From: Gemmatimonadota bacterium
GTDB lineage: Bacteria; GCA-2686955
Assembly: GCA_026991065.1 (NCBI GenBank)
Contig: JALXCG010000886.1
Location: 1-32,246, forward strand
Length of the DNA stretch: 32,246 nucleotides
Direction: 5' to 3'
The number at the start of each line of letters is the position of its first letter. Within the stretch, counting starts at the first letter, position 1. The notes under the pieces were generated by a model that saw only the letters and a list, made by a program, of their open reading frames with translations, was not told the DNA's origin and did not search any database. The position numbers were made by a program, and so were the translations under genes. Of this stretch, positions 26,101 to 32,246 are shown piece after piece.

Positions 26101-27366
26101 TCAGCTGTTCATCGCCGCGGGACGCTCAATCCGCAGAAGTTGAACCGAGCGCTCATTCGATTTCGCGACCGTGATGCGCACATCCGCAACCGCCAGCGTT
26201 TCCCCTTTAATCGGAATGCGCCCCAACGAATCGATCACATAGCCAGCCAATGTCTCGTAATCGCCATCCGGCAGGATTAGGCCGATATGCTCTTCGAGAG
26301 CATCCACATCAATTTGCCCGTTGGCCATCCAAACGCCTTTGCCGACCGGGCGCAAGAGATCATCGGGAACATCGTGCTCATCGCGGATGTCGCCGACCAG
26401 CAACTCAAGAAGATCTTCCAGGGTCACAATCCCCTCGGTGCCTCCGTGCTCATCCAGCACAACCGCCAGGTGCTCGCGCCGTGCCCGAAGCTCCTCAAGC
26501 AGCTGCGCAGCCTTTTTTTGCTCGGGGACAAAAGGAACACTGCGCAGGTTCTCGCGGAGCCGAATCGGCCCCTTGCGCGACGCCAAAAGCAGATCCGACG
26601 CATGAACGACGCCGATGATATGGTCGATATCGCCCTGGTAGACCGGCAGACGCGAAAAGCGCCCGCTCGACAGCACATCCAGAATCTCCTCTTCACTGAC
26701 GTCGATGTCTATCCCCACGACCCGGGTGCGAGGCGTCAGAGCCTCTTTCACCGTGGTCTGACGAAACTCCAGAATGCCGGAGATGATCTTCTCCTCTTCA
26801 TCAACGGCCCCGGTGTCATCTTGTGGGCTGAGCAGATCCACCACATCTTCCCGGCGCAGGGTCGGCCGTGACATCTTGGTAGGCAGGCGCAACAGCTTGC
26901 GCACGCCCCGCGAAAGCAGTTCCACCACCCACGCCACTGGATGCAACGCCCAGTGCGCCACGCGCAACGGTCCGATGGTCCAGAGAGATGTGCGATTCGG
27001 ATAGTGGCTGGCGATCGACTTGGGAATGATCTCCGCGAAGATCAAAAGCGCCGGCGTCACCACCGCAACATCGATCAGGTGCACCATTGCTTCCGCATTG
27101 CTCTGTTCGCCCAGATTGCGTTCAAGCAGATAGGCCGCCAATGCCGTGACCGCGACAATCGCGATGTTGTTGCCGACCAGAGTCGTGGTCAGGAAGCTCT
27201 GCGGATCTTCGGTATAGGTCTCAATCGCTCTCGCCAAACGTGCGCGCCGCCCCTTGCCCTCGGCCCAGGCGCGGATGCGCAATCGATTGTGACTGGTAAA
27301 CGCGGTTTCCGCACCGGAGAAAAAGAAGGCCGCGGCAAACGCAAAGGCGATCAGCAGGATAATCAT
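26101..27366 (-). CDS. CNNM/CorB (DUF21-CBS-CorC) hemolysin-family protein
   Basis: FFSGAETAF, LVGNN, AEIIPK, SRLPVY, DEHGGTEGIVTLEDLLE, YETLAG. Confidence 0.93.
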   Translation of the reverse strand: MIILLIAFAFAAAFFFSGAETAFTSHNRLRIRAWAEGKGRRARLARAIETYTEDPQSFLTTTLVGNNIAIVAVTALAAYLLERNLGEQSNAEAMVHLIDVAVVTPALLIFAEIIPKSIASHYPNRTSLWTIGPLRVAHWALHPVAWVVELLSRGVRKLLRLPTKMSRPTLRREDVVDLLSPQDDTGAVDEEEKIISGILEFRQTTVKEALTPRTRVVGIDIDVSEEEILDVLSSGRFSRLPVYQGDIDHIIGVVHASDLLLASRKGPIRLRENLRSVPFVPEQKKAAQLLEELRARREHLAVVLDEHGGTEGIVTLEDLLELLVGDIRDEHDVPDDLLRPVGKGVWMANGQIDVDALEEHIGLILPDGDYETLAGYVIDSLGRIPIKGETLAVADVRITVAKSNERSVQLLRIERPAAMNS

Positions 27367-28724
27367 GCTCCCTCTCCCTCGGCGGGAATGGCCCCTTTCA
27401 CTTCTGCCGCCTCCACCTCTTTGGCCATCTTCGTGGCCCCATCCGCGGCGGAAGGCAATGGATGGTCCTCCGGTAGAACAATTCGCACGCGGCGAATCCG
27501 ATTGCGCACCACTCGCTCGACCGTAAGAGTCAGCCCGCGCACCGTAATCGTTCGGCCCACCCGCGGAATCTCACCGATCTGATCAAGGATCAATCCCCCG
27601 AGCGTGTTGTACCCATCACCCTCCAGATCCACGCCGACCAACTCCGAGAGATCATCCACATTCATTCGCCCGTCCCCAATGATGGTCCGCGAATTGACCA
27701 CCTCGTGAAGAACCTCCTCGCGGTCGTGCTCATCCCATATCTCACCAACCAACTCCTCGAGAATGTCTTCAAGAGTCACGATGCCGGAGGTGCCCCCATA
27801 CTCATCCACAACCACCGCCATCTGCGTATTTCGCTTGCGCAAGGACTCCAGCAGATCGAGAACATTCATCGCCTCGGGCACAAAATATGCGCGGCGCACC
27901 ATGCGCTCCAGCCTGAACTCCTCTTCGCGGTGAATGAAGCGCAGCAGATCCTTCGCATGAACAACACCGATCACTTGATCGATCGATTCGCGATAAACCG
28001 GCATCCGCGAGAAGCGTGTCGCCGCCAACAGATCGAGCAGTTCCGCGTGCCCGGTCGAGACCTCGACCGCGGTTACGTCGAGCCGCGGAACCATAATCTC
28101 GCGCACCAGCGTGCTGGTCAGCTCAACCGCGGAATCCAGGAGTTTCCGCTCCCCGGCATCGATCAACCCCTCCTCGTCACTGAGGCGCAGAACCGTGCGC
28201 TTCTCTTCCGTCGAAGCCGACGTAGCCGCGGGCGCCAACTCACCGAAACGGGTCAAATGATAGAGAACACTGATGAGCGGGGCGGTAAAACGAAAGAAGA
28301 TCCGAACGGCCGGCACAGTGACCGACGCGAAGCGACCGGCGTTGGCCAGGGCAACCGACTTCGGCGTGACTTCGCCCAAAACCAGAAGAACCAACGGCAT
28401 CAAGACAACCGTCGCGGCAACCGCCACCCACGAGGGAAAATCGTAGAGGTCGCAGACCCGCAGGGCCAAGCCGACGGCCACCGAAGAGGCCGCGACATTC
28501 ACCAGGGTATTGCCGAGCAAAACGCCCACAAGAAAGCGCCGGGGATCGGCAACCAGCGAGCGGATGGCCGCACTCCGCTTGCTTCCGCCGGCCTCCTCCT
28601 CGTCATCCACGCCCATGGCCGAGAGTGTCATCAAGGCGGTTTCTGTTCCGCTGAAAACAGCGCTCAGTAGCAGCAGAACCACGATGCTAAAAAAACTCAG
28701 AAGCAGAGAGGCTCCGGTGCTCAA
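27363..28724 (-). CDS. CNNM/CorB (DUF21-CBS-CorC) hemolysin-family protein
   Basis: FSGTETAL, GNTLVN, GEVTPK, SRMPVY, DEYGGTSGIVTLEDILEELVGEI, YNTLGG. Confidence 0.93.
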   Translation of the reverse strand: MSTGASLLLSFFSIVVLLLLSAVFSGTETALMTLSAMGVDDEEEAGGSKRSAAIRSLVADPRRFLVGVLLGNTLVNVAASSVAVGLALRVCDLYDFPSWVAVAATVVLMPLVLLVLGEVTPKSVALANAGRFASVTVPAVRIFFRFTAPLISVLYHLTRFGELAPAATSASTEEKRTVLRLSDEEGLIDAGERKLLDSAVELTSTLVREIMVPRLDVTAVEVSTGHAELLDLLAATRFSRMPVYRESIDQVIGVVHAKDLLRFIHREEEFRLERMVRRAYFVPEAMNVLDLLESLRKRNTQMAVVVDEYGGTSGIVTLEDILEELVGEIWDEHDREEVLHEVVNSRTIIGDGRMNVDDLSELVGVDLEGDGYNTLGGLILDQIGEIPRVGRTITVRGLTLTVERVVRNRIRRVRIVLPEDHPLPSAADGATKMAKEVEAAEVKGAIPAEGEGA

Positions 28725-29248
28725 GATCGCCTCTCCCCGCTCGGCCGGGCTGCGCGCCCGCGCTCGGCGCCCTCCCCCGGCTCATCCTGGTGAAGCGCCC
28801 ACCAGCGCCGCCAATACTGCTCCTCCAAGGGCTTCATCCGGGCGGCATCCTCGGCTTCGATGTGATCGAATCCCAGCAGATGGAGCGCACCGTGAATCAC
28901 CAGCCGGGCCACCTCCTCGGCGAGCGAAGCGCCATAGCGCTCCGCCTGTTCCCGCGCCCGCTGGAGAGAGATGTAGACCTCGCCGATGGGTGCCGCGGCG
29001 CGACACGCGTCGCCCACCGCCACACTCGCATCATCGAGCGGGAAAGAGATCACATCGGTCGCCCCCGCGCGCCCCCGAAACCGCTGGTTCAAATCGGCCA
29101 GCAGCTCGTCGTCCGCCAGGATCACGTCGATGCTTCGCTCCGGCGCCACCTCCCTGCCGCGCCGAACTTCCTCCAAAGCTGCCGCCGCAACCGCCTCCAA
29201 TCCCGGGGTGGCGAGGGTCCCAGCGGCGGCGGAGAGATGGACACTCAT
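28721..29248 (-). CDS. ybeY: rRNA maturation factor YbeY
   Basis: LN..FRG....TDVISFP, GEVYIS, HGALHLLGFDH zinc motif. Confidence 0.97.
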   Translation of the reverse strand: MSVHLSAAAGTLATPGLEAVAAAALEEVRRGREVAPERSIDVILADDELLADLNQRFRGRAGATDVISFPLDDASVAVGDACRAAAPIGEVYISLQRAREQAERYGASLAEEVARLVIHGALHLLGFDHIEAEDAARMKPLEEQYWRRWWALHQDEPGEGAERGRAARPSGERRS

Positions 29249-31557
29249 GGACGCTCCTCGGTCGCGCCGGCGGCGCCGCTGGGACCGGCGGCATTGCCGC
29301 CCCCGGATGGCGCCCGGCCGGATCTTGTCGTGGGCTCCTCGTCGCGCCCGTTGCGGGCCTTCTTCGACTGCGCCTTGTCCATCTCTCGAATCGTCTCCTC
29401 ATCCGTTTCCGGATACTTGATGCGCACGTGGAAAGCACCGATCAGAATCGGCAAGAACGCCTGGCCAATGCGCCGCAGATCATCCAAAGTCAGGTTGGAC
29501 TGGTCCAGCTGTCCATTGGCGAACTTCTCCCGAATGGTTCGCTGCACCATCTGCTCCAGACGCAACGGCGTTGGGTCATCAAGAGAGCGAGATGCAGCCT
29601 CGACCGTATCAGCGATCATGACAATCGCGGTTTCCCTGCGCGACGGCTTGGGACCCGGATAACGGTAGTCATCCATTCGCACTTCGCCGTGCTTCTCGCT
29701 GGTCATCGCTTTGTTGTAGAAAAACGAGATTACGCTGGTCCCGTGGTGCTCCGGAATGAAGTCGATAATCACCTGGGGCAGCTTGTGTTCCCGGGCCATC
29801 TCGATGCCGACCTTCACGTGATTCTGGATCACCAGCGCCGACATCGATGGTGAAAGCTGATCGTGTTTGTTCCCGTTGCCCATCTGATTCTCAATGAAAT
29901 ACTCGGGCTTCGCCATCTTGCCCACATCGTGGAAATAGGCACCGACACGTGTCATCAGCGCATTCGCCCCAATCGCCGCGGCAGCCGCCTCGGAGAGACT
30001 CGCCACCTGAATCGAGTGGTGAAACGAGCCCGGCGCCCGCACCGCCAACTGGCGCAACAGAGGGTGGTTCAAGTCCGCGTATTCACTCAGCGTCAGATCG
30101 GTGGTCAAGCCAAACAGGCGCTCCAGCGCCGGCAGCAGAAAGAGTGCAACCAGAAACGAGATCACCACCGACACCGTCATCGTCAACAGTCGCTCAAAAG
30201 AGCGATGAAACGCCACCCCATACGCCTGATCGACCAGCAAAACCGTCACAATTCCGATGGCCGCGACAATGATGATGGAGCCGAAATAGGACGCCCGCCG
30301 GCGGATGTTGTTTACCGCGTATATCGTGGCCAGCGAGACCATCAGACCGACCAACGCAAAAAGCGCGGGGCCTTTGCTATAGAGCGCGATTGAATAGACC
30401 GTAACCACCGCCAGGATGATCGCAACCTGCGCATCGAGCAGAATGGTTGCCAGCAGCGGCGCCAGGATCACCGGAGACAACACATCTTCGAAACGCACGG
30501 AACCGGTGATCAGGGCGGACGGAAGAGCGGAACTCAAAAGGAGCACGCCCAGCAAAACCTGCTTCTTTCCGTCGGCGGCCAGGTCGGGACGATAGCGCCA
30601 GAGATACCCCCCGATCGCCCCGCCGACCAAGAGTGTAAAAACACCGGTCGTGGCCAGAATCTCCCGCACTCGATCCCACAACGTAGCCCCCCGATGAGAG
30701 CGCAGTTGAACTTCGCGGTAGGCCACCAGTTTTTGTGCTTGCAGCGGCGTCACCACCTCGTGCGCCCGCACAATCCTCTCCCCCGCCTTGACCGTCGCGA
30801 TCAGTGCGGTCACCTGAGCCTCCGCCTCCTGCGCGCGGCGCTCCGACTCCTCCGTATCGACCACCAGATTCGGCTCGGCAATCGCGCTGACCAGAGTGCG
30901 AACCAGGCGCTGCTCCTCCGGGTCATCGGTCAGTGCCGCCACCCGCCGGCCCACTTCGTAAACCAGCGCACTGGAGCGCAGCACATCGCTCCCGGAGGTC
31001 TCCTCGCCCCCCGCCCGGCGCACCACAATGGGCCGGTCGACACTGTCGATATCGGCACTAACGATCCCCTGCTCAAAAAGCTGCGCCACAACCCGATCGA
31101 CCAGTCGCCGCAGCCGCCGAGCCCGCGGCGTGTCGCCGGAAAATGCCCGCAGATCCTTCTCTGACAGACCGAAACTCCAGCGCCCCAGAGGCTCATTGCG
31201 ACCGAGCGCATCATAGAGAGCATCCAGGACCGCCCGCCGCTCGAACTCCACGCTCTCGCGATGCACCAAAACCAGTGGCGCCGTGGCACGAGCGCGCGCC
31301 CGTGCCTCGCGCAGCGCACTGGCACTCCGCATCACCTGGAAATCCTGCGTCGCAATCACGTCGCGATCGGCGATCTCGCCGGCACTGATCACCGGACACA
31401 GATCGACGCTCTCACCACGCGGGCGCACTGCCACCAAGAGCGCCACAACCACCAGAATGGTCGCCAGCGCATGCCAAAGAGGCGAATGAGCGGAGGCCGA
31501 GTTGGCGCGCTTGTCGCTACTCGACCGCCGCACGGGTTTTGGAGGTTTTGCTCGCAT
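29245..31557 (-). CDS. 7TM-HD membrane phosphohydrolase (HDIG; PgpH-like cyclic-di-AMP phosphodiesterase family)
   Basis: Large extracytoplasmic domain, multi-TM block, APGSFHHS, YFHDVGK, FIENQ, HHGTS, YPGPKP, ADTVEAASRS; phoH-HD-ybeY synteny. Confidence 0.9.
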   Translation of the reverse strand: MRAKPPKPVRRSSSDKRANSASAHSPLWHALATILVVVALLVAVRPRGESVDLCPVISAGEIADRDVIATQDFQVMRSASALREARARARATAPLVLVHRESVEFERRAVLDALYDALGRNEPLGRWSFGLSEKDLRAFSGDTPRARRLRRLVDRVVAQLFEQGIVSADIDSVDRPIVVRRAGGEETSGSDVLRSSALVYEVGRRVAALTDDPEEQRLVRTLVSAIAEPNLVVDTEESERRAQEAEAQVTALIATVKAGERIVRAHEVVTPLQAQKLVAYREVQLRSHRGATLWDRVREILATTGVFTLLVGGAIGGYLWRYRPDLAADGKKQVLLGVLLLSSALPSALITGSVRFEDVLSPVILAPLLATILLDAQVAIILAVVTVYSIALYSKGPALFALVGLMVSLATIYAVNNIRRRASYFGSIIIVAAIGIVTVLLVDQAYGVAFHRSFERLLTMTVSVVISFLVALFLLPALERLFGLTTDLTLSEYADLNHPLLRQLAVRAPGSFHHSIQVASLSEAAAAAIGANALMTRVGAYFHDVGKMAKPEYFIENQMGNGNKHDQLSPSMSALVIQNHVKVGIEMAREHKLPQVIIDFIPEHHGTSVISFFYNKAMTSEKHGEVRMDDYRYPGPKPSRRETAIVMIADTVEAASRSLDDPTPLRLEQMVQRTIREKFANGQLDQSNLTLDDLRRIGQAFLPILIGAFHVRIKYPETDEETIREMDKAQSKKARNGRDEEPTTRSGRAPSGGGNAAGPSGAAGATEERP

Positions 31558-31575
31558 TGCTGGCAGGGTAGCTTC

Positions 31576-32246
31576 CTAGTCCCTCGGCTCGGACAAAGAT
31601 GAGAGATCAGCGCGGGCAGACTGCTCCGCCCGCTCATATGCGCCCAGAATATGCCGAACCAGTGCATGCCGCACAACATCGGCGTCGCTGAATTCGACAA
31701 TCCCAATCTCGGCGATCGACGCCAGAATCGCCCGTGCGTGAATCAACCCCGAGCGGCTGCGATCCGGCAGATCCACCTGGGTCATATCCCCCGTGATGAT
31801 CGCCTTGGAACCATTGCCAAGACGCGTCAGGAACATCTTGATCTGCAAACGAGTTGCATTCTGCCCTTCATCAAGAATCACAAAACTGCGATTGAGTGTG
31901 CGCCCCCGCATATACGCCAGGGGAACCACCTCGATGGTACCGTTTTCCATGAGCTTGCGCACGCGCTCCATCGGCATCATATCGCCCAAAGCATCATAGA
32001 GCGGCCGCAGATAGGGATCGACCTTCTCCTGCATGTCGCCGGGCAGAAATCCCAGCGACTCACCGGCTTCCACCGCCGGTCGGGTCAAGACAATGCGCTC
32101 GACCTCCCGGCGCGTCAGTGCCTCCACCGCGCAAGCCACCGCCAGATACGTCTTACCGGTGCCCGCCGGCCCCACCCCAAGAACCACATCGTGGGTGCGG
32201 ATCGCATTTACATACTGCTGTTGCATCACCGTTTTCGGCACAACAC
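31576..32246 (-). CDS. phoH: PhoH family ATPase (5' end outside window)
   Basis: [50 protein letters not shown]. Confidence 0.96.
   Translation of the reverse strand, partial: VVPKTVMQQQYVNAIRTHDVVLGVGPAGTGKTYLAVACAVEALTRREVERIVLTRPAVEAGESLGFLPGDMQEKVDPYLRPLYDALGDMMPMERVRKLMENGTIEVVPLAYMRGRTLNRSFVILDEGQNATRLQIKMFLTRLGNGSKAIITGDMTQVDLPDRSRSGLIHARAILASIAEIGIVEFSDADVVRHALVRHILGAYERAEQSARADLSSLSEPRD

Noticed and set aside
24536..26143. 535-aa plus-strand ORF (also 1163-2188, 27705-28670, 28510-29853)
   Set aside because: Antisense shadows of mgtE, the sensor gene, CNNM and ybeY/HD genes; expected in high-GC coding DNA, no recognisable motifs.

Overview
GC-rich bacterial chromosomal segment, almost entirely on the minus strand and mostly housekeeping. 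In transcription order (right to left): phoH (partial) - 7TM HD phosphohydrolase (PgpH-like) - ybeY - two CNNM/CorB-type hemolysin-family genes - mgtE - recO - secreted protein with a FlgD-Ig/T9SS-like C-terminal domain; DUF72 (the only + strand gene); a parallel beta-helix protein; tRNA-Leu - tig - clpP - clpX - yihA - iscS - mnmA - peptidase MA; tRNA-Ser x2, tRNA-Gln, tRNA-Glu; an acidic lipoprotein; a five-bladed propeller glycosidase-like protein; divergent polysaccharide deacetylase - pdxJ - secD - secF - DUF4783-like gene; and a >889-codon polytopic membrane protein (probable sensor kinase) that runs off the left edge and is missing from the supplied ORF track. The FlgD-Ig C-termini suggest (inference) an FCB-group lineage outside Bacteroidota. 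I see no mobile element, CRISPR array or defence system and cannot demonstrate a complete new system. Best leads: a ClpP with a Ser-His-Asn triad in the core tig-clpP-clpX operon, a propeller enzyme bracketed by two sorting-domain-like modules, several long G-U-containing intergenic RNA stems ahead of envelope genes, and a putative c-di-AMP phosphodiesterase coupled to three CBS-domain Mg2+ transport genes. All family calls are by motif recognition; no database search was run.
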